Assembly: GCA_001780985.1 (NCBI GenBank)
Contig: MFJV01000001.1
Location: forward strand, 103,466 to 155,293
DNA length: 51,828 nucleotides
DNA from: Candidatus Gottesmanbacteria bacterium RIFCSPLOWO2_01_FULL_43_11b
Lineage (GTDB): Bacteria; Patescibacteriota; Microgenomatia; UBA10105; UBA927
Reading direction: 5' to 3'
The notes beneath the pieces were generated by a model. That model did not search any database. It was not told where the DNA came from and saw only the letters and a list, made by a program, of their open reading frames with translations. Below are positions 35,284 through 43,638 of the stretch, piece by piece. The stretch's first letter is position 1. Every line of letters starts with the position of its first letter. The position numbers were made by a program, and so were the translations under genes.

Positions 35284-35625
35284 ATACTTATTTTTATCCT
35301 ATAAATCACGAAGTTAGCTCTTCTAATTATAGCTCATTTACGTTCGATTTACCCTGGTAAACTGCTTTTTCAGGTCAATCCAGTTAAAAGTCTATGTACT
35401 TAGAAACTTGATGAAGTGGGCTCGTACGGTAAATATACCCTTTTACTCCCTGTGTTACCCTTAGAATTCCTTGAAATCCCTGTCAGGTAAAGTTATATGG
35501 AACTATAAACAAAGGGGTAATTTACTAAACTAGCGAGTTCAGCGATTAGCCAGCTTCATTTGTTATTGATTTTCTGCTCGCGAATTATGATAAACTGAAT
35601 TAAATACCTAAATTTTAAGAGTAAC

Positions 35626-36252
35626 ATGATAGCTAAAACTTCAAATAAAACAATGCAAACGAACGATTTAATCATCCGCTCCACTTTAAAAAAGAACTTA
35701 CAGTTGCGTCATGCAAAAGATAGTAAGGTACGAATAATTGAAGAGCTGGGAGTTCAACATGGTACCGCCAGAGTCGACATTGCAGTAGTAAACGGTATCA
35801 TGCATGGATATGAAATCAAAAGCGACAGAGATACTCTTGAACGATTACCTGAGCAAATTATAGAATTCAGCGCAGTCTTCGATAAAATTACACTCGTTGT
35901 AGGTAAACAACACCTGTACAACGCAATTAACATTATTCCCGATTGGTGGGGCATTATTATTGCGAAGATTAATGAAGATAATTCCGTGGAATTCACTACA
36001 ATCCGCGAAGAAGAGTTTAATAACAACCAGCAAGGTATCTGTGTAGCAAAACTGTTATGGAAAAAGGAAGCCCTTAAAGTCCTGGAAGAAACTGGTCAAG
36101 CAAAAGGATTTTACTCTAAACCGAGACGATTTATTTACGAGAAATTAGCTCACACCCTCGATATTCAAACTCTAAACAACAAAGTCAGAGAAGCTCTATT
36201 CTTCAGGGCAAATTGGCGACTTGATGCGCCACTAATGTTAAATGGTGATTAA
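35626..36252 (+). CDS. PD-(D/E)xK nuclease-fold protein, sce7726-like / MmcB-like
   Basis: 208 aa. IIEELG...GTARVDIAVVNGIMHGYEIKSDRD gives an E-D-ExK signature. Family name recalled from memory, not searched. Confidence 0.65.
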   Translation: MIAKTSNKTMQTNDLIIRSTLKKNLQLRHAKDSKVRIIEELGVQHGTARVDIAVVNGIMHGYEIKSDRDTLERLPEQIIEFSAVFDKITLVVGKQHLYNAINIIPDWWGIIIAKINEDNSVEFTTIREEEFNNNQQGICVAKLLWKKEALKVLEETGQAKGFYSKPRRFIYEKLAHTLDIQTLNNKVREALFFRANWRLDAPLMLNGD

Positions 36253-37288
36253 TACCTGCTCTTAGCCAAGTTTCTGTGCTTCCAGTACCTTTAATGGATG
36301 GATTTCTAATATATTGTTCGAAGTGTTTCGCCTTTTCAGAAATATATTTATCACCATAGCTAAAATCTTCACCGTAAAATCTTTTGTCTTTAGCCAACAG
36401 TGCGGCACTTGCTAAATATTTATCAAACTTTTGCTTTTGACCTTTCATAATTAGCCATTCATCCTCAAAGGCATACTTTATACTTGCTGTAGGATGAAAA
36501 AACTGTGTAACTTCTTTATAAATTGGATGTTGTATCGTATAGTCAGAAAATGTTGGCTTTCTTTTCAACCCTTGACTAGAAATAAACTTTTTCCAACTTT
36601 GCCAATCTATTCGTGGTATTAGGTTCTCTTCATCCAGTTTACATTCAGATAAATCCTTGGGAAAGGAACCGCTCGCAAATATAAAGGTGCGCCAAGCTAG
36701 CAAATTCGGGATGTTTTGACTTAGTTGTAGGTACTTGGTGTACTTATCTCCGTTTTCTTCTGTTCCCTTAATATCAACAAGTAAATCGATGTCTTTTTCT
36801 TCCAGTCCAGAAACCCTGACCAAATCAGCAATTTCTCCATGGAGTTTGTCTGTATCGGAGAAATCTGAACAAATTAACCTTAAACATAAACCATTTCTGT
36901 TATCTTTTGCGAGTTTAAAAGCCGATGTTTTAATCAGCTGGTCATCACTAAGATGGATAACAGGAATAAAAACACCTCCAAGTTTGTATCCGTTTGTTGA
37001 AATCTCACTGAGGCTTTTTGCTTTGAGTGGAACAGTAAATAAAAGGCTTACATCAATAAATATCGGTCTTGTACCCCAAATATCGATAACCTTCTCAGCT
37101 AATTCTGGTAATTGCTCTTCAAATTTTTTAACCACATCATCTAGTTCTTCATATGTTTCGTATTTAGGCATTACTAGCTGTATTAGCGGAGTAATACGCT
37201 CTTTATTCTCGTCTGGTAAAAGCTTCAAAGCCCCTTGTTCTGCGCGTTTCCATTTTAATATTGGCACATAATGTCTTGAGTTAAACAT
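36203..37288 (-). CDS. Beta-protein family protein (phage T4 beta protein / sce7725-like)
   Basis: 361 aa. N-terminal HYVPILKWKRAEQGALKLL is the characteristic family start. 1-nt gap from the upstream gene. 3' end overlaps the convergent ORF by 50 nt. Confidence 0.65.
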   Translation of the reverse strand: MFNSRHYVPILKWKRAEQGALKLLPDENKERITPLIQLVMPKYETYEELDDVVKKFEEQLPELAEKVIDIWGTRPIFIDVSLLFTVPLKAKSLSEISTNGYKLGGVFIPVIHLSDDQLIKTSAFKLAKDNRNGLCLRLICSDFSDTDKLHGEIADLVRVSGLEEKDIDLLVDIKGTEENGDKYTKYLQLSQNIPNLLAWRTFIFASGSFPKDLSECKLDEENLIPRIDWQSWKKFISSQGLKRKPTFSDYTIQHPIYKEVTQFFHPTASIKYAFEDEWLIMKGQKQKFDKYLASAALLAKDKRFYGEDFSYGDKYISEKAKHFEQYIRNPSIKGTGSTETWLRAGINHHLTLVAHQVANLP

Positions 37289-37289
37289 A

Positions 37290-38513
37290 TTATCTTACCC
37301 ACCTTTCATTCGGAAAATACTTTTGCACTTTGGCTTCATTGACAATTTTATTCAAGTAAACGTATTTATTCCCTTTGTGGCGTATTTGACCTGCAATAAT
37401 AGCAATATGAACCCCTAATTCATTTGCTAGACTGCTAGCCGCCATAGATGAAGGAATTAATCTTGCAGGACTTACTTCCCACTTGGCTTTTGGTAAGAGT
37501 GCTTCCTCAGCTAAAGCATCTGCTTCAAGTTCTTTATCGCTCACATCTATTGCTTTAACATCTTCAATCTCATCAAAGAAAAGACTTATATCGCTATCAT
37601 AATGTAAGGCAATATGAGCTAATTCATGCATCAATGTAAACCAAAAATTATCCAAGCGGTCATGTCTTAGAGTTAATCCGATAACTGGATTGTCTTTGTT
37701 AGTCAAAATAGTTGCTCCGTCTAGGTATGTTTTTTGAAAGTGTGGCTCAATGATTAATATAATCCCTTGCTCTTTGAGAAATTCTTGAACTTTTAATGGG
37801 CTGTTTTCCTGAACACTAAGCTTTGCAAGCTCTTGCATAAAATTGAGGTCGATAGAACCGTGTTTATATTTTTTTGTTACGCTAATCTTCTTTACTTTTT
37901 GAAGCACTCTTGTTGCCCATGCGACAAGAGCTTTTCTGTCTGTTAAGGGAGATGAACGATAGCTTGATTTACGTGTTAAACCAATAACGTTGGCAGGAGA
38001 ACCAATTATCGAGAAGAAACTCTTAAGCTGTTCTATTTTGTCTTGTGTTTTAATAGAAATGTCTTCAAAATAACCTCTATTCTCCATTTCTGTTACAAGG
38101 CGGTTATCCCACGCTTCATACTCTGAACTTTTCACTGGTTCGTATTTTTGAATAAGAACTTCAGCTGGTATTCCAAGACCTTCTGATAAGGCTCTAACCA
38201 TTTCCAAAGTTAATTGACGTTTACCTGATAAAATTTCTGAAACTCTGCTTCTGCTTCCGATATAAGGAATAAGGTCAGTAGGTTTAAGATTGGCTTGTTC
38301 CATTCGAAACCTTATTGCTTCAATTGGGTCAGGAAATGTTTCCGGGAACAGTCTATTTTCATAGTCTTGGATAAGAGTACCAAGAAGACTAAGCCGCTCA
38401 CCCTCTTCAGAGTCAGGGTCAGGGTCTAAATTCATTAGCTTCTCCATTATTCGGAGTGCTTCTTTATAATCTAGTTCTGTTTTTATGACTTTAATTTTTC
38501 CCATTTTTATCAC
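37290..38513 (-). CDS. HigA-type XRE HTH antitoxin fused to ImmA/IrrE (COG2856) zinc metallopeptidase domain
   Basis: Residues 1-120 are collinear with E. coli HigA (YKEALRIMEKLMNLDP..., LKPTDLIPYIGSRSRVSEILSGKRQLTLEMVRALSEGLGIPAEVLI). The C-terminal half carries HEXXH (FTLMHELAHIALH). Confidence 0.85.
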   Translation of the reverse strand: MIKMGKIKVIKTELDYKEALRIMEKLMNLDPDPDSEEGERLSLLGTLIQDYENRLFPETFPDPIEAIRFRMEQANLKPTDLIPYIGSRSRVSEILSGKRQLTLEMVRALSEGLGIPAEVLIQKYEPVKSSEYEAWDNRLVTEMENRGYFEDISIKTQDKIEQLKSFFSIIGSPANVIGLTRKSSYRSSPLTDRKALVAWATRVLQKVKKISVTKKYKHGSIDLNFMQELAKLSVQENSPLKVQEFLKEQGIILIIEPHFQKTYLDGATILTNKDNPVIGLTLRHDRLDNFWFTLMHELAHIALHYDSDISLFFDEIEDVKAIDVSDKELEADALAEEALLPKAKWEVSPARLIPSSMAASSLANELGVHIAIIAGQIRHKGNKYVYLNKIVNEAKVQKYFPNERWVR

Positions 38514-38515
38514 TC

Positions 38516-38803
38516 CTAACTAATCTTCCAACTATCATATTCTTTGTGTGTGCCGATTTTCTTAATAAACACTATCTGATTTTTGTAACTTACTCGGACG
38601 AGCAACCTATATTTGTTCCCGCAAATGTCAAAAACCGTATGCTGGTTTTTTAATAGGCTTGCTTTCGGATACCGCCTCTTAAGCTCATAAGGCGTTTTCC
38701 ACTGTGCAATTTTAGCTTCAGCCTCCCACGAGTCAATTTGAGATTTGGCTTCATTATGCTTCTGCTTGAACTCGTGCAATAATTGTCTTCCAATTACCAT
38801 CAT
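38516..38803 (-). CDS. higB: HigB-family type II toxin (mRNA interferase)
   Basis: 95 aa, collinear with E. coli HigB. FDICGNKYRLLVRVSYKNQIVFIKKIGTHKEYD. Confidence 0.8.
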   Translation of the reverse strand: MMVIGRQLLHEFKQKHNEAKSQIDSWEAEAKIAQWKTPYELKRRYPKASLLKNQHTVFDICGNKYRLLVRVSYKNQIVFIKKIGTHKEYDSWKIS

Positions 38804-38836
38804 GTCTTTGTGTGGGAGAAATTACACATACTTTTG

Positions 38837-38878
38837 TTCCCATATTGGGAATATATCATAGGACAATTACTTTGTCAA
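38837..38878 (-). promoter_or_regulatory. Sigma70-type promoter TTGACA-17-TATATT with overlapping operator-like palindrome
   Basis: Minus strand: TTGACA (38873-38878), 17-nt spacer, TATATT (38850-38855). 6-3-6 inverted repeat TTCCCA-tat-TGGGAA at 38837-38851 overlaps the -10 and start region. Confidence 0.65.
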
Positions 38879-39060
38879 CAGGTGAGGTTAAAACTTGAAC
38901 TGGGGTGGTTGGGAGTGGACTATCCTGCCTAGCACATCTCTCTCGATAATAATTCTTTCTTTTCTTGGATTGGGTGGGTGGAAGCTGAAGTGGAATTGTA
39001 AATATTGGTTTTTCCGTTGATTGTGCCAATCTTTAGATTCATGAAGGAATTGTAGCATAA

Positions 39061-39069
39061 TGCTATACT
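39061..39069 (+). promoter_or_regulatory. Extended -10 box TGCTATACT, 7 nt upstream of thpR ATG
   Basis: tgctatact gtggggc ATG 39077. Confidence 0.55.
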
Positions 39070-39076
39070 GTGGGGC

Positions 39077-39607
39077 ATGAAACAGCGGATATTTGTGGCG
39101 ATCGGTATATCCGAAGATCTTAAAGCTTCAATTGCCAAGTGGCAAAAACAGAATGCAAAATTGGCAATACGATTTATCCAGCCAAAAAATCTTCACCTGA
39201 CACTCATTCCTCCATGGTACGAAGATCCGAAAAAAATAATAAAACAAATGCAGAAATTTTCTTCTTCGGTCAAACCGTTCAGTCTGAAATTTCATCTCAT
39301 CGAATCCCGGCCGCGGCTCGTTTGGATGAAAGGAAAATTTTCTCGGGAACTGGTTAGCCTCCAAAAAGAACTCACCCGATTTCTCCATGTCAAACTAGAG
39401 TCTCGGCTACTTCTCCCCCACATCACCCTCGCTCGATTTAAGAAAAACATTATCTTTGAAGAAAAAACTATCGACTGGAGCATGCACGTCAATTCATTTG
39501 TACTTATGAAATCCAGTCTTTCTCCAAATGGAGCAAATTACGAGGTGCTGGCTGAGTTTCCATCTCAAAATAATCACCATCCACTGTTATCCAATGCTTT
39601 TACGTAA
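39077..39607 (+). CDS. thpR: RNA 2',3'-cyclic phosphodiesterase (2H phosphoesterase, LigT/ThpR)
   Basis: 176 aa. Two HxT/S motifs: NLHLTLIP and LPHITLARF. Confidence 0.85.
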   Translation: MKQRIFVAIGISEDLKASIAKWQKQNAKLAIRFIQPKNLHLTLIPPWYEDPKKIIKQMQKFSSSVKPFSLKFHLIESRPRLVWMKGKFSRELVSLQKELTRFLHVKLESRLLLPHITLARFKKNIIFEEKTIDWSMHVNSFVLMKSSLSPNGANYEVLAEFPSQNNHHPLLSNAFT

Positions 39608-41062
39608 AATCGCTGCTTTTTCAATGAGATCGTGGGGATTGTTGCCCTTTCGAAACTCAGAAATTATGCGACTAACTAAGAGTTCGTGTTCTTTTTCACT
39701 GCGGGTTTGTGGTCCGAGTGATTGGCTAATAAATTTCTCGATCGTATTTCTCTCTTTATTTGAAAGAGTACTCGTTTTCGCTACATATCTTCCCGCTTTT
39801 CTTATTGCAGTCTTTATCCCAGGATAAAATTCGTGAACAATTTCTAATAATCCTTGTCTTTTTGCCTCGTCAAGTGCTGCTGCAAGACCAAAAAACTCCG
39901 GCGGTATACCTAAGGAATACCCGGCCGCTGTAAAACCAATCGCCCGGGGTAACGCGTGTTTCCCTACTTGCCGGGAATAGCCAAAAAGTCCAATGTGCTG
40001 CACTCGCTCTCTCCGACTAGGAATATACACTGCGAGTGCACTGATATTTGGCGCAACTGCATCAATTGATTTTTTATAATGGGATTCAAAAAGCTGAATC
40101 GCTCTATGAATCTCTTTAGTTTGGGATTTACTTACTCTCTTGACTTTCGTTTTATGGAGTTTTTGTTGAATGTAAGAAAGTGCTTTTTGTACAGCAGCTT
40201 TGGGGTAGTCATAGCGAAATGCTCCCTGGATAACAAGCGTGCGAATCCCGCAAAATTCATCTAAAAAATCAGCAACGGAGTCAGGCGTGAGCCCTCCCCG
40301 AAAAGGGAGAGCACCGGGAGCTGTAATAGGATAAAGCCTAACGCCCAGTGATTTTTCAAGTTCGACATAGTCTGATAATGCCTGCTTGATAGCAAGCGTG
40401 GTTGCAACGATGCCGGAGTTTAGTGCCGGGTCAGAGCGGGCTAAGAACGGACGAATATACGAAACGGGTTCATTAAATGTTTTTTTCGAAATGGCAAGAT
40501 ATTCTTTTAGTATTAACGGTGATTGAAGAATTGACTCAACACTTTCAAAAATCGGAACAACTTCAAGCGTGCTTCCGCCGTTTTTACTTGGGGAAAACGA
40601 CGAATGCGTGGCTTCTGCGATGCGCTTGAAGCTTTCGCGAAGCGAGATCATCTCTGTTGCGGTTTCCGTCATGGGAAGAATGACTTCAAAAAGCGGTCTG
40701 GCTCCAACTCCTGCTTCTTTGGCTATTTCTTCTGCTGCCAGAATCACCATAAACGCCCTCCCCAACCGATAGCCAGACTCGATCCTTGGATTTGGTACAC
40801 GAAACGTCAAAAATACGTCGCGACCTATATGATTCTTGGCAAAAAATTCCGGATATCTCGACAGCAGCCGCTCAATGACTGAATCATCAACCAACTTTCC
40901 CTCCCAATCCCACATCACCTCTTGCCCAGCTAATTGGGAAAGAAGTACAAAACATTCTTTGAGCTCGTCATGCGTTTTAATAAGAGCCCGTTTGTGCCAA
41001 AAAGGAACACTCGCGTGATCAGGATGTTGGGAAAACATGATCGAGGGAATCTTCCGTTTCAT
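39587..41062 (-). CDS. ppcA: Phosphoenolpyruvate carboxylase, archaeal type
   Basis: 491 aa. IPSIMFSQHPDHASVPFW...MWDWEGK N-terminus and overall length are typical of atPEPC, not the ~900-aa bacterial Ppc. Confidence 0.8.
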   Translation of the reverse strand: MKRKIPSIMFSQHPDHASVPFWHKRALIKTHDELKECFVLLSQLAGQEVMWDWEGKLVDDSVIERLLSRYPEFFAKNHIGRDVFLTFRVPNPRIESGYRLGRAFMVILAAEEIAKEAGVGARPLFEVILPMTETATEMISLRESFKRIAEATHSSFSPSKNGGSTLEVVPIFESVESILQSPLILKEYLAISKKTFNEPVSYIRPFLARSDPALNSGIVATTLAIKQALSDYVELEKSLGVRLYPITAPGALPFRGGLTPDSVADFLDEFCGIRTLVIQGAFRYDYPKAAVQKALSYIQQKLHKTKVKRVSKSQTKEIHRAIQLFESHYKKSIDAVAPNISALAVYIPSRRERVQHIGLFGYSRQVGKHALPRAIGFTAAGYSLGIPPEFFGLAAALDEAKRQGLLEIVHEFYPGIKTAIRKAGRYVAKTSTLSNKERNTIEKFISQSLGPQTRSEKEHELLVSRIISEFRKGNNPHDLIEKAAILRKSIG

Positions 41063-42270
41063 GCTGACTTTCGGCGGCCCGGGTAAGCCTTGAGGGCATG
41101 GGCAAGAATTTCTAAAGCCCGTTTGAGTTTATCAGTGTTTAAAACATAGGCAATTCGCACTTCATTAACGCCTTTCCCCTCGCTGTTATAGAATCCAGCC
41201 CCGGGTGCGAACATCACCGTCTCATTGTTTTCCCGAAACGATTCAAGTAACCATACACAAAAATCTTCAGCATTTTTTACCGGTAAACCAACCATGCAGT
41301 AAAATGCTCCCTCAGGCATTGAAAGAGTAACTCCGTCAATTTTTGATAATCCCTTGTACAATACGTCTCTCCTCTTTTTATATTCTTCTTGAACCTCGTT
41401 AAGATACTTTTCGGGGATGTCGGTAAGTGCTGCACCCACTGCTTGATCGATTATTCCGCCCGATAGCCTACTCATTGCAATTTTAGTTACACCAGTAAGC
41501 AGAGATTCGTTGAGAGTTGAAAAAACGCCAAGACGGGCACCACACAGACTGTAGCGTTTGGATAAACTATCGACGACAATCATGTTCTCCGGATATTTTT
41601 TCATATACGGAAAAAGTGAGGCGTGAGGGCGATCGACAAAAATAAACTCACGATACACTTCATCGGAAATAAGAAAGAGATTGCGTTTGACTGCAAGGAG
41701 TACGAGCTCGTTTATTTCCCTTTGTGTATACACCACTCCGGTTGGATTACAGGGGTTAGAAATAAGTATTGCCTTCGTTTTTTTGGTTAAATACTTCTCA
41801 ATGAATTTGGCATCAGGTAGATGAAATCCGTTTGAAATATAAGTCGGTACGCCGACAAGATGAACTCCGTTTAGGAGAGCCAGTGCCTGATAATTTGAAT
41901 AAAAAGGTTCAAATACTAAAACTTCATCCCCGATTTCGCATGTAGCAAAAAATGCCATCGATATCGCTTCTGATCCGCCGACAGTTGCAATAATGTTTTC
42001 GGATTTCAAGAACGTGTATCCGAGACGGTGGTAGTAGACTAATAGCGCCTCAATAAACGCAGGTACGCCTGTCGAGGCTGCATAGCCAATCGGATTCTCG
42101 GCAAAGGTCTTTAATCGGGCAAGCATAACAGGCGGTGTTTTAATATCTGTATCACCGATATTAAGGTGTAAAATCCGTACCCCCCGGGCTTTTGCTTTTT
42201 GGGCATAGGGAACAAGTTTACGGACTGCTGATATAGGAAGAGTTGATGCTCGCCTTGATACGGCATTCAT
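41059..42270 (-). CDS. Class I/II PLP-dependent aminotransferase (aspartate aminotransferase-like)
   Basis: ISNPCNPTG, DEVYREF, SLSKRYSLCGARLG (PLP lysine). ATG 42270 lies 8 nt downstream of TGGTAGAAT. The track start 42288 is GTG. Confidence 0.88.
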   Translation of the reverse strand: MNAVSRRASTLPISAVRKLVPYAQKAKARGVRILHLNIGDTDIKTPPVMLARLKTFAENPIGYAASTGVPAFIEALLVYYHRLGYTFLKSENIIATVGGSEAISMAFFATCEIGDEVLVFEPFYSNYQALALLNGVHLVGVPTYISNGFHLPDAKFIEKYLTKKTKAILISNPCNPTGVVYTQREINELVLLAVKRNLFLISDEVYREFIFVDRPHASLFPYMKKYPENMIVVDSLSKRYSLCGARLGVFSTLNESLLTGVTKIAMSRLSGGIIDQAVGAALTDIPEKYLNEVQEEYKKRRDVLYKGLSKIDGVTLSMPEGAFYCMVGLPVKNAEDFCVWLLESFRENNETVMFAPGAGFYNSEGKGVNEVRIAYVLNTDKLKRALEILAHALKAYPGRRKSA

Positions 42271-42278
42271 AATGCCGC

Positions 42279-42287
42279 ATTCTACCA
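42279..42287 (-). promoter_or_regulatory. Extended -10 box TGGTAGAAT, 8 nt upstream of the aminotransferase ATG
   Basis: Reverse complement: tggtagaat gcggcatt ATG. Confidence 0.5.
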
Positions 42288-42295
42288 CAAACTAC

Positions 42296-42871
42296 TTACT
42301 CTTGGGGAACTTCGGGGATATTTTGTAGGTACTGTGAGTAGTCAATAGATGGCATTGCTGCCGGAACATCTGCGCCTGTAGGAAGTTGCGGCACTTGCGG
42401 CATCATTTTGGAAAAATCCTGGAAATTTACGTTTGAAGGCGGGGTAAATAGGCTGTCAGAAACAACTGCCGGCTTGCAGCTTTCTTTGTATTTTTCAAGC
42501 GATTCCATCATATTTCCTGCTTGATTTGGCGCTCCTGGTTCAGTGGTTGTCTGCACATCACTCTCATCCGGTAGCTCCATCATAAATCCGCCCTGCGCAT
42601 TCCATGAATACATTTTTTTATCTTTTACAATCACACTCCCCGATTCCTCGGGCTTTGAACTCGTAAAGTCTGCTCTCACTGCGCCGCCCTTCATATACGA
42701 CTTCGTTTGCCTGCCGGTTTCATCGGTAAATGAACATTCTAAGGAAAGAGACCTGGTTAACGCGTCTTGAATCGAGGTAAAAGAGGATCCTCCACTCTTA
42801 CTCATGACCATGTAACCCACACCCGCAAGAAGAACGACTACGACAACTCCGATTATTACTTTTGTATTCAC
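42296..42871 (-). CDS. Hypothetical membrane-anchored protein
   Basis: 191 aa, N-terminal TM, GTG start 8 nt after the -10 box. Confidence 0.5.
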   Translation of the reverse strand: MNTKVIIGVVVVVLLAGVGYMVMSKSGGSSFTSIQDALTRSLSLECSFTDETGRQTKSYMKGGAVRADFTSSKPEESGSVIVKDKKMYSWNAQGGFMMELPDESDVQTTTEPGAPNQAGNMMESLEKYKESCKPAVVSDSLFTPPSNVNFQDFSKMMPQVPQLPTGADVPAAMPSIDYSQYLQNIPEVPQE

Positions 42872-42879
42872 TTCTAGTG

Positions 42880-42908
42880 ATAGTAATAGCAGGCAAAAAC
42901 TTTGTCAA
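42880..42908 (-). promoter_or_regulatory. Sigma70-type promoter TTGACA-17-TACTAT, 8 nt upstream of GTG 42871
   Basis: Minus strand: TTGACA 42903-42908, 17-nt spacer, TACTAT 42880-42885. Confidence 0.55.
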
Positions 42909-42911
42909 GTG

Positions 42912-43577
42912 TTAGATAAATAACCAAATCGTGAAAGCGGTGGTAATGAAGAAAGAAAATTTCGTGATGGCTCTGGCCGACTTGCCGAAAAACTCAGAGA
43001 GGCGAACCAAGAGAACGAAGCCGACAAAAACAGTTCCTAAAAGTGCCAGAGGCGGTAATTTTGGCGTATGGGTCGTAAACCAATTTCCCCAACCGGAATA
43101 TTTTAAAACAATCATGTGGAAGCCGACGAATAAAAATGCGATTCTCACTCCCCAATTCTGTATTTTCCACCAGAGTTTGGCTGGGAGTGGCTGGACCTTG
43201 CTGTAGGAAAGCAAAAACAGAATGAACATAAGAATAAGCGCAATCAGTCCCGGATAAGCAGAGAGTGGCCGGGAAAGATAAAATCCGAACGGGCCGCGTC
43301 TGGCCAGCGGAAACATAGAAAGATACACATGAAATAGACCTGTATAAAATGTTAAAACGCCGAGTTCTTTACGGTACTTAAAGAAGGGATTAAAAAGCTT
43401 AAATTGACGAGAAAGCGGGCCGAGAAGTAGAACTATACCTAAAAGAAATAGCGTACTCATTGCCATGCCTTTATTAAGCGACGGAAGCCCAGTTTCTGCG
43501 TAGCGCACCGCAGCATACTGGTAAAATCCCCACACAACCCCAGCCGTCACAATTCCTGCAATACTATACTGGCGCAT
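42912..43577 (-). CDS. Polytopic membrane protein, possibly ferric-reductase-like / MsrQ(YedZ)-like
   Basis: 221 aa, 6 TM. KYRKELGVLTFYTGLFHVYL and FLFVGFHMIV place His in TM helices. Confidence 0.45.
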   Translation of the reverse strand: MRQYSIAGIVTAGVVWGFYQYAAVRYAETGLPSLNKGMAMSTLFLLGIVLLLGPLSRQFKLFNPFFKYRKELGVLTFYTGLFHVYLSMFPLARRGPFGFYLSRPLSAYPGLIALILMFILFLLSYSKVQPLPAKLWWKIQNWGVRIAFLFVGFHMIVLKYSGWGNWFTTHTPKLPPLALLGTVFVGFVLLVRLSEFFGKSARAITKFSFFITTAFTIWLFI

Positions 43578-43638
43578 ATCTTTTATTCTACATCAAAGAA
43601 AAATTCTTTTCTGTCATACTTCTCACAATGGAAATATC

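Noticed and set aside
36735-37271. 178-aa plus-strand ORF inside the Beta-protein gene.
   Set aside because: It is antisense to a gene with a family-typical N-terminus. It is Ser-rich and low-complexity, as is typical of the antisense frame of A+T-rich coding DNA.
38929-39138. 69-aa minus-strand ORF overlapping the thpR promoter and start.
   Set aside because: It overlaps the TGCTATACT promoter and the 5' end of thpR. No start signals, no motif.
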